From the human T2T-CHM13v2.0 reference genome, Homo sapiens: 64,000 nt of DNA. How positions within the stretch are numbered: the stretch's first letter is position 1; each line of letters starts with the position of its first letter. The translations under genes and the position numbers were made by a program. Of the stretch, positions 26,561-44,997 are shown one piece after another. The DNA is taken from the NCBI RefSeq assembly GCF_009914755.1, contig NC_060929.1; one strand, given 5' to 3'. The notes beneath the pieces were generated by a model. The model saw only the letters and a list, made by a program, of their open reading frames with translations. It did no database searches and was not told the DNA's origin.

Positions 26561-29500
26561 AAACTCTGTTAATAATAAAATAAGTTCATATTTATGACTT
26601 TTACTTTTTATTCAGTCCAAGAGGGCAACGAGGATTTTTAGATGAAAACAGGCATTAGAAGTCAAAGGTAGCAGGGAGCAGTCTTTAAAAACCTTAATAT
26701 TCAGTTACGCTTTATTTTACTTGTATGTTAATGAGAAAATCTTGATTTGCAAAGATAAGTGATTACAAATGGCAAGTTTTTTAAATGGCTTCACCGTCTC
26801 AGGCCAACATTCAGTTTGTGGGCTCTACAAAACCTAGTTAAACCAGCAACACACATCAACCATATCTTGATGTTAGTACTAGCTTATTTGAGTGTGTTTT
26901 GTTTATTATAGTTTTTATTATTCTGAAAAAGATTTGAATCAAACATCTGCAGAATAGATCTTAAAATTTAAGTAGTATAAAACTACTGCTCCAGGACAGA
27001 TGTCCTCTGGTAAGATGTATAAAGCTATAGAAAATAATTGCTAGGATCTCATGAGTGGGTAGAAATTCGAGTCTTTCACCTGTGCAAGGACTCAAATTTG
27101 GACTACTGCCATTCCAAACACTTGCATTTTCAGACAAGGTGAACACTTTCTTTAGCAAGCTGTAAAAGCAGCAATCATGTCTTCATTTCATACCACTCTC
27201 CCCACCCAGTATTTATAATTACTATTTTAAAACTGATCATAGTGTTATACAGTCATTTAAAAAAAATGTAAAATACAGAAAAACACAAAGGGAAGCAAAT
27301 TATCAATAATCTTAACATCTTGCTAGGCTTTTTCCTGTACAAAAACTGTTTTTTTTTTTAATGGGACATGGTATATTAAATACTTCGTAATATGCTTTTT
27401 AACCCCATTTTCAGTGACTACATGATGTCATCATCAGTGGCTATGTGATAGTCCATCAAATAGATATGCAATAATTTATATTAAGTCAATAACAATATAT
27501 GCAGTTGATCAGAATTCTAATGGACTTTCAGAATCTTCCCAGTTTTTCTCTCCTATAAACAATTTTATGAGTGACAGAGACAAATCTTTAGATGCATTTC
27601 TAAGGATAGATTCTTAAAAGTGGAATTGCTGGGTCCAGCATTAAGTACTATTCTCAAGTTTTGGATAGTTTCTGCCAAATTTTCCTCCAAGAAGTTTAAA
27701 CTCTTCACCCACGAGCATCCTCTTAGTGTGAAATCCCATCACTCTTGGTTCTTCTCTGTCTGCAGGTGAAGGGAAGGCAGTGCCTTGTTTATATTTCTTT
27801 CCCACATCTGGATCTTTCACTGGTTTACTGAAAGATTTTCTGACATGAATCGAGGCTCTGGGTGCAAGGTTGAGAAACTGCTGTAGGCAAAGTGCTGTTG
27901 GTTTTGTCCAAATTTGGCTTAAAATCTTTCCCTTTGTTCCTCCAAGAAAGAACAGAGAGCCTGTTTACCGAGTTTTGGCAGAAATAGTAGGTATTAAAAT
28001 GCTGCTTGCTAGACACATTCAGGACAGAGAGACAGACTATAAATTGAAGTGTTAGTTTTTTAATTATACCATGGGGATAAAAAGTTTTTAATGTTATTAA
28101 CAATAGCACACACCATTTCATTATATATGAGATAATATGGATTTGGTTTTAGCTCATAGACTGGTACCAGATGGCCTGGGTTCAAATATCCACTCTGCCA
28201 TTTACTGGGTAGACTTGAGCAAGTTGCTAAACTTGCCTGTTCCTTAGTTTTCTCAGCAGTAAAATGGAGATAAGTAGAACCCATCTCTTAGAGTTACAGG
28301 AAAGAATAAATGAGTTAAGACATGTACAGCATGTGGAACATTTCTTGCCACATGGTAAGAGTTCAATTAGTGTTGGCTGTTAATACTGTTCCTTCCCCCA
28401 CTACCCCCATCACTACCTTTCCATGGAGCAATGGATGAAGCACAGAAACATTTGGTCTTGGATTTGACCTTGACTTCTGTAGCTGAAATCATCTCTCCTT
28501 TGAAGTAACGGGTTGGATTAACGGGTGGTTTCTAAGATCCTTCTAGCTCAGGTTGGGTCTACTGTTTATGGTGAAATGAAGGGGACAGTGAAAAGGAAAC
28601 CTTGGCAGTGACTACTGTTTACTAACTACTTCCTGCCCAGGGAGGACAGAGCTTAAGTGTGGGCCAGAGGAAACTAACCCTTTATCCCCCAATGTTTCGT
28701 TCTTTCTCCAGTGGTGTCAAAGTATGATTGCATCAGATTTTGCTGATGGCTAGTTGGCTGGCTAGATGATTGGTCCCTCAAAATTTTATTGTGTACTTTT
28801 TTCATTTTTTGGTCATTTATTAAATATTTATTGAGCACCTACAGTGATTGAACAAAACAGAGCCTTGAACAAAACAGAGAAAGTCACTCTTATGAAGATT
28901 ACTTTCTAGTGGGGGAGCCAGAAAGTGAACATATTTCATAAATGTTATGAAAGGAGGTAAAAATGCAAGGACGAAGAGCAAAGCAGAGTAACCAGATAGA
29001 ATGTGGCAGAAAGAGGACTACTTTTAGATGGAATGGTTAAAGACAGGGCCTCTCTGAGGAGACTGTACTGGACCCAGAGAACTGACTGAGTGAAGAAGGA
29101 ATCCATATGCATATGTGAGAGAAGAACATTCAAGAACAAAGGACCAGTGAGTGCAAATACCTTGATATGGAACCAATGTGTGAGAGGGAGCAGGGAGAAC
29201 AGTGAGAGGAGAAAGATGGCCAAGGGCTGTCTAAGCCAAGGCAAAAGCTTTGAATTTTTCCTAAGTGACATGGGATATGGGAAGCCATTGGAGTATTTCG
29301 AGCAGAGCAATATGACTGACTTCATTTTAAAAGACTCACGCTAGTGCTGTGTTGAGAAAAGGCTGTAGCGGGGAAGTATGAAGCAGGGAGACCAGTTAGG
29401 AGACTAGGCTGGTGACACTTAAGGTGGTAAGAAATGATCAGATTTGGGCACATTTTAAAAACCAACATCATGAGATTTGGTGACAGAATGAACGTGGGAT

Positions 29501-31262
29501 GTGAGAAAAATAGTCCACTATGATTTCAAGGGTTTTGGCTGAAGCCACTGGATTCGTGAAATTATCACTTGCTGAGATGGGAAAGAGTTTAGGGAAGGAG
29601 GAAATTTGGGGGAGAAATTGAGTATTTGATTTTAGACATAAATTTAGAGGCCTATCTCATATCCAAACGGTATGTTGAGGAGGCAGTTGAAAATGCAAGT
29701 CCAGAATTTAGGAGAGGGGATATACTTGTGAGACGAAAAAACCCTCAAATGTTAATGAAGTTTGCCTGTTGTTCTAAATAAGTAACATTTATTGATTCAT
29801 TTTCTGATTGCCAAGTAGCTTACATGACTTTCTTCCAAATTCTGAAAAGTTGCCTGTAATCCAAACACCCTTGAATACTGCAGTTAACATTTTGGATGTA
29901 TTTCCTTGCAGCCTTTTTTTTTTCTTCTCTCTTTCTTTCTGTGTATGTGTTTGTGTGTAAATGTGAGTTTGAGTGTGTTTTGACCAAGTTGAAATTATAA
30001 CGCATTGTATATATTTTGTTTACAAGCTATCCTAGTATTTTTTTAAATGTATGAAATGTTATCAGAAAGCGTTTTCATAATGATTAGCAGTGTATTTCAC
30101 GGAATGGATGAGGTTAACATATTAAACTAACTGGAGGAGGGGCTAATATAACTGTTGCCACATTGAATATATTCATACACATCTATATTTTTCTAAAAGT
30201 GGAATTACTGGACCAAAAGTAAACTGTATAATTCTCTGAATTCTTTAAAAAAAAAAGAAAATCAGTTCAGTATCCAAAAAAAGCAGGAATCAGTTCACTA
30301 TCCAAAAAACGCAGGGTTCAGGCTCCTGAAAGCCTGCAAATAAAATTAAATATCTACCTGTGGTACATGGAAGACCTACTTTATGGTAGACCTACTTTAT
30401 AATAGAATTTTTTTTCACTTGATGGCTGAGAAGAAATATTTCTAATTTTATTTGGTATTTCTTGCTCCTTTTTATTATCTTGGTATTTTGCAATGTAGAT
30501 TTGTTCATGTTCATTGCCTATTTTTGATTTATCTTTTTTCTCTTTATATAAGATTAACTCACTGTTTAATATATGTTGAAAACATTCCCAGTTTTCTGAT
30601 ACTTTTTAAATTGTTTTAATATGGTAGTTTTAAAATTTTATGTAGTAAATTTATGTGTTCCCTATGTTTTCTTTTATGTTTAGAAATACCTTATACCAAG
30701 ATTCAATTAAATAATTACCCTGAATTATTTATTTAGTAATTTTTAATATTTAATATATTATTACCCTAAATACAAAAATAATATTTTTGTATTTAGAACT
30801 TATTATGTGGAATGTATTTAAATATGTTATTTGAGTTGGAGAAATATTTTTTTCCAGTTGTAGTGGCAATATTTCTTTTTACTGATCCATTATTTCTCTT
30901 GTTGATCTGAGGTACTACCTTTGTAATATATTGTTTGCTTATATATACTGGTGTTTAATTTTACTTTTTGCTTTTGTGAATGGGATTTTTTTCCCTATTA
31001 TTTTTCCAGCCTGCTATTGCTGATACATAGATAAGCTAAAGATTGTCATTTTACACAGTTTTCTTTTTCAGATGATTCTCTTGGGCTTTTTGGGTAGAAA
31101 ATTTTATGTTCCAAGATGATCATTTTTTCTTTCTAATAGTGTGTGGTTCTAATTGCATTGCCCTGAACTTCCAGCATGATGTTCAATGATAGTAGTGATA
31201 ACAAATATCCTTGTCTTGTTCCTCATTTAATAGTGACCATCATGTTTTTTTGCTTTTCCTAG

Positions 31263-31314
31263 ATCTCTCTACTTTAGTTAGAAGATGCCCCAATCTTGTC
31301 CATCTAGACTTAAG
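31263..31314 (+). CDS. SKP2: SKP2 exon 8
   Basis: cctag|AT CTC TCT...TTA AG|gtattt; DLSTLVRRCPNLVHLDL; 52 nt. Confidence 0.97.
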
Positions 31315-31405
31315 GTATTTTTTTATTTGTTTATTTTAGATCAAAAGTTGAAAAATCTTGATTTCTCATTAAATTGGGAAAGGATCATAATGTTGAAGCA
31401 ACTAA

Positions 31406-31591
<186 letters not shown>

Positions 31592-34500
31592 TAAGTATGT
31601 TTTGTTTTTAATGCTTAATAGAAGGCAGGAAACAACAGAGATGCCCCTTGGTGTGAAAATCCATTTTTATTAATAGACATATGAAACCGAAACATTAGTA
31701 ATAAGTATACCACAGACTGGCTATGAAAGACCAGCAGAGTATTGCTTAAACTGGTGAAATTGAGTTGATCCAGATTGTTCACTAAACATTTATTGTTTAG
31801 CTGTAAGCAGTTTTAATTACTAGCTTGCTGTCTTAGTATCTATGAGAAGACTTAGCAGAGAAGCAGAAGATAACCTTTTCCTCCAGGAAACTTGAAGTGT
31901 AATTGGGAAGGCAGACCCAATGTGGGTTAGTGTCTTTTTTTTTTTTTCTTTCCAAATTTTTCGGATTAACTCCAGTTGATTCCAAAACTTTCATCTGGGC
32001 TTAAAGTTCTGTATCTTCTAGTGATGTAAGTCCTGGATAGTGAAGAAATTGGAAAGATATAAGCCTGTAGATGGTATGTATTGTAAGTCTGATACTGTTT
32101 TTGAACAGGGGCATGTTAAGGTCTAAAAAGTGAAGTGAAGTGACTTATTCAAACCTGATGGTGAGTTGGTGGCTGACCTGGATCTAAATCCTAGGTCTCC
32201 TGGACAGAGGCAAAATAGTCACTATCTAATCTAATAGTTTATACAAGGGTTAGTTTTACCTGCTCAGCAACTTCCACAGAATCAAGGGAGTGCAAGAAAG
32301 CAGCAGCCTGGTCCATCTTTCCTTTGGGAAACACCATACCCAACTCATCCTGGGAATCATATCTTGTTTGAAAAGGTTTTCTGCATTTCATTCCAAAGGG
32401 CTGGAAAAGTCTCCCTAATGGCAAATGTACATGTGTAGCAATTTTATTAAAAACCACAAGAGGTCAGTATCTTAGAGTTGATCAGGTGTCCAACATGTCT
32501 TGAATGCGGCTGCTGGACTCATTTATGTAGCTCATGAACTAAAAGTTAATTTAGCTTCCAGCTCCTAGGTAGGAAGGGTGGTGAATTTGAACAAAGAACT
32601 TTAGTCCTCAGAATCATAGTTTGAATCTTTTAAGTTAGTTTCAAGTATTAATGAATAAATCAGATACTTCAGCTACACAGAGTTAACTAGTAGAGTTAGG
32701 AAATCTGGCAGCTACGCATTTTAATTAATCATTTTTAAATTAATCTTGGGGTTCAGGGTCTGAGCTGGTATCTCATTTGGGAAAGGACTGCCTAAAATAG
32801 GATGGCAGGATTTACTTTCCCAGCTCTCAAATGTTGGGGTTTAAATTCATGCGCATGAAACTCTTATTAAAATCCCTGCCCTCTCTATTTTCTAGCATCC
32901 AGAACTCCTAGGAGCTTCTAGCGTCTACCCAAAAAGGCTTCTTTGTCATCCATTCTTTCCTGTCCTTGCCATCTGGCCTCCTGCTTCTTTGCCTGTGCAG
33001 CCCCCTGGGGAGTGTGGTGATCATTCTTTTTGGGTTGCTTTTCTCAAGAGAATCTATCCATGTGTCTTGCTTTTGTTCCTTCTCTGCAGAAAGAAAGAAG
33101 CTAAGCAGGTAATGACCCAAATGCTTTTTCTCAAGCAGAGGCGAGGGGAAGGCTGTGAGCTCTTCATTTTAATATTTTTATCCAGTGGGATAATAGTAAT
33201 AGTAATTGCGATACCTGCATAATAATGGCATGGTAATACTTGGAGGCAGTGTGAATTGATAGTTACAAACACGGGTCTGAAGTCACAGACCTATTGTGAA
33301 CCTTCACTGTATTATTATTTCTTATTTGTACAAATCTTATGAAATAAGACAAACAGGGGCATTAGGAGTTTAGTTACAAGTCAGACCACTAGAATAGAGA
33401 AGAAGAAAGATCCTGTCCTTGAACATTAAGGTAAAGAGTATATTTCTTTAGGTATTGTGTAAATAGTACACTGATTTGCATTGTGAATCCTTTAGGATGA
33501 GTTTGTTGGTACCTTATGCTTAAAAGTTTCTTGAGATAAAATAAGAATTAGAATGACTCTAATTTCAATCATTTTGGCAGCTGATATATTTGAGGTTTAT
33601 AATAAAAATTCCAGGATGTTTCCATAATAATTTCAAGAGAGCCATCTATGCTAAAGAACTTAAGGCTATTTATTTCTCGGAAGTGGGAAAATACAATTTG
33701 AATGTCTTTCTTCTGTAATATTTTAAAATACTTGGGAAACTATAAAGTTTTCTTCCCCAGGACCTATTCCCATTATATTTATTCCCTTACTTCTTAATTG
33801 GTCTTCTTCTCTATGTCTAAACTTCCTTCTAATTCTTCCCTATTTCTCATTCAAGTAAGAAACCCAAGCTGGAGGTAGTAAACTAATCTAAGATAAGACT
33901 AAAAGACTTCTGTGGTAGGAGCATTTGTAGTTGAGGCATTTAAGATTTTATAAGGAAAACAGGATTATTGTACAGATAAGGTAAGGAGCAATCCTGTGAA
34001 AGAGTTCATAAATATCTTTTATTTTCTAAAATTCAATATACATAAGACATTGGTGTGATTTTACATTTCTTACATTAGAAATAATGGCTCTTGAACTACT
34101 TATTTCTATTTGCTATCCCTTAGTTTGCTCTTCAGTCTCTTCCATTGTAGTTTTTAAAAGATGCTTGCAAATTTTTTATTCTGAGTTGTAGGTAATGCAC
34201 ATACCGGGGGCATTTTTTTTTTTTGTCTCCTTAAAATTTTAGAGACTTTCTGGATTTTTGACTTGGAACTGGTTCTTCATCCATCATCTTATCTTATATA
34301 ACCCCCTTATATATAACACCCGGGTGTGTTCTGAGAGTCTGTTCTTAATTTCTTTCCTCACCAAATCTCTTTCCCAATGCTGTTGCAAGAACATGTCCTC
34401 CTCTGCCATCTGCCATTCCTCCTTTTCTTACTCCACCTACAGTTTCTTCCCTTAAATATTCTCCAGTGCAGAATGGCTCACAATTTGGCTAATTTGGATA

Positions 34501-36022
34501 TACCAGAACCAGAATTCTCATAGTAATTACAACGTTTCCCAAGTTTCACATGAGGGATTCAAAGTTGGAGCTGGATTGCTGTCATCGTAAGTGATTAAGT
34601 ATAAGTATCTGTGTATACTGTGATCTTACTTCGACAGTGTTTCTACATTCCAGAAAGCAGTTTACTTAATGACAGCAATTTGTTCTTTCTGATTTTCTTT
34701 GGTTATATACCTTTAGATCTTATTGTCCCCTTGTGAACAAGCATATTTATTTCCCTTGGATAATGCTTTTATTTTATAAATTAGCCTTCATCTTGTACTC
34801 AGCTAACGTATATTAAACATTTGTGGGGTTTAAGACACCTTGTAGAATGTAGAATAAATACATTTAGGGGAGTAGTGGGAAGACTGGAAGAGCAGGTTAA
34901 ACACGGAAGGTCTTCAGACTAGCTGAACAGCCTGGGTTCTGTAAACACAAGGGAAGCATCAAAGGTTTTGGAGCAGATGAACGACTAACATGAGCTAGGC
35001 TTTAGGAGGATGCCTTGGAAATTGGTATATAGAATAGGCTAGAAGGAAGAAAGACAGTTATAAGGAAAGTTTGGGGCTTTTTAAAAATAATTATTGACAA
35101 TGTGAAAATATAAAGGATGTTTCTGACTTTAGGTAATTGATGTGCTCATTGATCTGTAGTAGGATTTTGTTGAAATTCCAAAATAAATGTTCCCTTTCCT
35201 GAGACTTTGTACTGTATGTCCCAACCTTGAGCAAACAGAGATGAGAGAGATGAATTTCTAGGCACATAGATCTGAGTTAAGAAGGAAAAAATCATTACCA
35301 ACACCAAACAGTATTTACTTTGGAAAAACAGAATTTGTGAAACAGAATTTGAGAAACAGAATTTGTGAAACAGAATTTCACTGTTAACAGGGTTGAATTT
35401 CATCTAATGTGAAATACCTAAAGGGACTGGCTTATCTATGCAGAAAAAAAATGGTAATACGTAGGGAGGTAAGATGGCTATTACCTCCTATAAAGGGTGT
35501 GATTTTTCACCCATTGTCTCCACCTGTACCCAACTGTATAACCCTATCTAAAATATCTTAGGGAAGTCAGTGGTAGTTTTCATCACACATAATGGACTTG
35601 TTGACTATGAACCATTATTAAGAAGTTCATCAGTCCTGACAGCATCTCCCTTTAAGAGATGAGCCTAGTTCAAATAAAGGTCAAGTTCATATCCTTAATT
35701 TGCATGTAACCTGTGGTGGTTCCAACTGGTGCCGCAGTAAAACATTTGCTTTTACCATCACTCACTTGCTAGTTTCTTCTCATAACACAGTAACCCCATT
35801 CAGATCACTGTATAAATCACAACTGGAGAAAGGAAGCAAATATGGTTGGATTCTTAAATAAATCTGAGTTTCTAAGGTTATTAGGAACCTCATTCAATAA
35901 AATGCAGCAGTGTGTTTCCTAATGACATGTTGCTCAAGCTATATGGTCTGTGCTTTCCAGTTTAATTTGCTATTTTCTCAAATCATTTATTGTAAATTAC
36001 ACTTTCAGACTGCATTTTGTAG

Positions 36023-36328
<306 letters not shown>

Positions 36329-37346
36329 AGTATTTATTGCAGGATGGTGTCTCTTCTTTAGAACAGGGAAAATAGGCAGGAAGCCCAATTGCTGGAGTAC
36401 TTAGCTAGTTTTATTCTTGGTTTTCCCTTTGCCTTCATTCTGCAAGTATACTAGGGAGCCATTTGAGAGGGAAAACTATGAAATCTTGCTTTTTGAAATG
36501 ATTCTAAAAGCTTCTATCACTGCTTTGCTCTTAAGAGCCAAAGTTGTAGGCCTTTTGAAATTTTAGGAGAGTGAGCCTATAATTTCAAGATACCTTAAAG
36601 AGCAAAATTTGAGCCACCTCTTCCAAGTGCCCTTCTTACTAAGTCTATTCAGAATCAAGCTTAAAAATTACCACCAGCAAACAATCTTCATAGCCCATAT
36701 AACTTTTATCTATTTAATTTTATAGTATTGCTTTATAAGACAGCTTAGAAGAACAATAAGCTATTTGTATTATGAGCTGAACAAAAAGAGAATCATAGGA
36801 TAGTAGCGTCTGAGGCCATCTTTTCTAGGAATAGGAAAGAGAAAAATGTATTTGAATTTTGCCTTTAGATTTGAAATTAGGTTAATAGAAATAAGTAACC
36901 CCATGTAATTCACCTTAAAACTTAACAAAAGACCAAACATTACAAAACCCAGAGGTATAGAATCAATATAGGATTTGAAGGCCCAGCAGACAGTTTTCTA
37001 TGACAGGTTAATCTGTAGTATCCTGTAATGTTCATTAAGTTACTGTGTTTCCAGAATCTAAATTAGATGAGAAATATAATTGTGGTTTTCTAACTTGATA
37101 ATCAAATTATGTTAACATGGGTCCTTTAGCTTTTAAAATGACTTGCTTTGTTTTAGAAAGGTGGTATTAATCCACTCTCTATTCTTGAAAATTTGGATGG
37201 GAGAATTCTGAAGTTGCCTGCTGTTTTCCTTTAGCGCTGAGGTTCTTAAGGTTACTTTTATATTACTCTGGAATCAAGTATTTTAAATTGTATTTTTTTT
37301 TTAAATGATCTCTCAGCAATAATTGTTTGAAACTATCCATATATAA

Positions 37347-37864
<518 letters not shown>

Positions 37865-38137
37865 AAATTCTACTTCTTAAAAATCACAAAAACTAGTTTA
37901 AATTGATGACTTGTTCGTATGTTCAAAATGTAACAACAAAAAAAGCTAACACCAGTCATTTATATTAACTTTTTTTTTTTAAATCAAAAATTGTTAATGT
38001 TAGAAACATACTATGAAGTGCCTTTATCTGCTTAGACCTAAGGAAGATTTTAAAGTTGGGTTGCACAGGAAATGATGATGCTTCAATTTCTTAATAGTTA
38101 AAAAGTGCTAAATACTACTTGAAATTATTGTTTACAG

Positions 38138-38309
38138 ATTAGTGACAAGAGCTGGGGTTAGGATCCGGTTGGACTCTGACATCGGATGCCCTCAAACATA
38201 CAGAACTTCCAAACTCAAGTCCAGCCATAAGCTATTTTGCCAACATGTCAGAGTAATCTGTATTTTTGTATGTGATTTCTACTTTTATAGACTTGTTTTA
38301 AAACAATAA
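38138..38309 (+). CDS. SKP2: SKP2 alternative last exon (410-aa isoform, SKP2B)
   Basis: tttacag|A TTA GTG ACA...AAA CAA TAA; LVTRAGVRIRLDSDIGCPQTYRTSKLKSSHKLFCQHVRVICIFVCDFYFYRLVLKQ*; in phase with exon 9, total 1233 nt = 410 aa + stop, agreeing with the isoform 2 I recall. Confidence 0.88.
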
Positions 38310-38310
38310 A
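38305..38310 (+). terminator. SKP2 polyadenylation signal AATAAA
   Basis: AATAAA followed by 'gttgtattccttttttctttctctttttt' downstream element. Confidence 0.75.
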
Positions 38311-38776
38311 ACACATTTTTATAAAAATGAGTGCTTAAACTAAGTTGTATTCCTTTTTTCTTTCTCTTTTTTTAAGTGCTGTGGTTAAAATTTGAAAGCA
38401 TTTAGTGTGGTATGCCATTTGGCTTAGATACCTCTAAATAAGACTCTTCAAAACAGAGCCCTGAGATGGTCCTTTTTGACCCATCTACTTCATATGCTTG
38501 TCACATTAAAAAAAAAAGTTTATAATGCCTTTATAAAAGGGGCTAATACAGTCTTGTTATCTTTTTTTTTAAATTATACTTTAAGTTCTAGGGTACATGT
38601 GCACAACGTGCAGGTTTGTTACATATGTATACATGTGCCATGTTGGTGTGCTGCACCCATTAACTTGTCATTTACATTAGGTATATCTCCTAATGCTATC
38701 CCTCCCCTCTCCCCCCACCCCATGACAGGTCCTGGTGTGTGATGTTCCCCTTCCTGTGTCCAGGTGTTCTCGTTGT

Positions 38777-42571
<3,795 letters not shown>

Positions 42572-42634
42572 TATGATGTTAGCTGGTTATTTTGCTCGTT
42601 AGTTGATGCAGTTTCTTTCTAGCATTAACGGTCT

Positions 42635-43645
42635 TTACAATTTGGCATGTTTTTGCAGTGGCTGGTACCGGTTGTTCCTTTCCATGTTTAGTGCTTCCTT
42701 TAGGAGCTCTTGCAGGGCAGGCCTGGTGGCGAGAAAATCTCTCAGCATTTGCTTGTCTGTAAAGGATTTTATTTTTCCTTCACTTATGAAGCTTAGTTTG
42801 GCTGGATATGAAATTCTGGGTTGAAAATTCTTTTCTTTAAGAATGTTGAATATTGGCCCCCACTCTCTTCTGGCTTGTAGAGTTTCTGCCGAGAAATCCA
42901 CTGTTAGTCTGATGGGCTTCCCTTTATGGGTAACCCGACCTTTCTCTCTGGCTGCCCTTAACATTTTTTCCTTCATTTCAACCTTGGTGAATCTGACAAT
43001 TATGTGCCTTCGGGTTGCTCTTCTCGAGGAGTTTCTTTGTGGTGTTCTCTGTATTTCCTGAATTTGAATGTTGGCCTGCCTTTGTAAGTTGGGGACATTC
43101 TCCTGGATAATATCCTGCAGAGTGTTTTCCAACTTGGTTCCATTCTCCCCGTCACTTTCAGGTACCCCAATCATACATAGATTTGGTCTTTTCACATAGT
43201 CCCATATTTCTTGGAGGCTTTGTTCGTTTCTTTTTACTCTTTTTTCTCTAAACTTCTCACTTCATTTCATTCATTTTATCTTCAATCACTGATACCCTTT
43301 CTTCCACTTGATCAAATTGGCTACTGAAGCTTGTTCATGCATCATGCAGTTCTTGTGCCATGGTTTTCAGCTCCATCAGGTTATTTAAGGACTTCTCTAC
43401 ACTGGTTATTCTAGTTAGCCATTCGTCTAATCTTTTTTCAAAGTTTTTAGCTTCTTTGCCATGGGTTCAAACTTCCTCCTTTAGCTCGGAGAAGTTTGAT
43501 CATCTGAAGCCTTCTTCTCTCAACTCGTCAAAGTCTTTCTCCATCCAGCTTTGTCCATTGCTGGCGAGGAGCTTTGTTCCTTTGGAGGGGGAGAGGTGCT
43601 CTGATTTTTAGAATTTTCAGCTTTTCTGCTCTGTTTTTTCCCTAT
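42635..43645 (-). pseudogene. L1 ORF1, disrupted
   Basis: Start codon reads ATA (IGKKQSRK); C-terminal KRPNL...ALNMERNNRYQPLQKHAKL intact in one frame, N-terminal part frameshifted. Confidence 0.9.
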
Positions 43646-44966
43646 CTTTGTGGTTTTATCTACCTTTGATCTTTGATGATGGTGACGTACAGATGGGTTT
43701 TTGGTGTGGATGTCCTTTCTGTTAGTGTTCCTTCTAACAGTCAGGACCCTCAGCTGCACGTCTGTTGGAGTTTGCTGGAGGTCCACTCCAGACGCTGTTT
43801 GCCTGGGTATCAGCAGCGGAGGCTGCAGAACAGCGAATATTGCTGAACAGCAAATGTTGCTGACTGACCGTTCCTCTGGAAGTTTCATCTCAGAGGGGTT
43901 CCTGGCCGTGTGAGGTGTCAGTCTGCCCCTACTGGGATGTGCCTCCCAGTTAGGCTGCTCGGGGGTCAGGGACCCACTTGAGAAGGCATTCTGTCCATTC
44001 TCAGATCTCAAACTCTGTGCTGGGAGAACCACTACTCTCTTCAAAGCTGTCAGACAGGGACATTTAAGTCTGCAGAGGTTTCTGCTGCCTTTTGTTTGGC
44101 TATGCCCTGCCCCCAGAGGTGGAGTCTACAGAGGCACGCATGCCTCCTTGAGCTGCAGTGGGCTCCACCCAGTTCGAGCTTCCTGGCTGCTTTGTTTACC
44201 TACCCAAGCCTCAGCAATGGCAGGCACCCCTCCCCTAGCCTCGCTGCTGCCTTGCAGTTCGATCTCAGACTGCTGTGCTAGCAGTGAGCGAGGCTCCATG
44301 GGCATGGGACCCTCTGAGCCAGGCGCGGGATATAATCTCCTGGTGTGCCGTTTGTTAAGACCATTGGAAAAGCACAGTATTAGGGTGGGAGTGACCCGAT
44401 TTTCCAGGTGCCATCTCTCACAGCTTCCCTTGGCTAGGAAAGGGAATTCCCTGACCCCTTGCACTTCCCAGGTGAGGCGATGCCTCACCCTGCTTCAGCT
44501 CATGCTCGGTGTGCTGCACCCACTGTCCGACACCCCCAGTGAGACGAACCCGGTACCCCAGTTGGAAATGCAGAAATCACCCGTATTCTGCGTCGCTCAC
44601 ACTGGGAGCTGTAGACTGGAGCTGTTCCTATTCGGCCATCTTGGAACCACCTCACCAGGCTTGTTATCTTTAAAGTGCTTCCAGTAGTAATATATTTACA
44701 AAACATTTGAATTCAAGTGACAAAGGAGTATTATCAATAAAAGTCAGCAGCATTTTAAAAATATATTTGATCAGGTTATACTATGTGTTTTATTGTCATT
44801 CAGAAACTATTTGAATGTTCACTGTATGCCCAGAGGCCTTCCAGGAATTCTGTTCCTTTTGGACCCTTCCATTCGAATGGTAGAATGGTGATTCTTGAAT
44901 ATCACCCAATTGTGCTGGTCCTATCACCACTATGCCTTTTTTTAAATGATGAAAAACGTCAAACAT

Positions 44967-44997
<31 letters not shown>

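Noticed and set aside
35326-35378. CRISPR-like array
   Set aside because: Head-to-tail repeats without spacers in eukaryotic DNA, no cas genes
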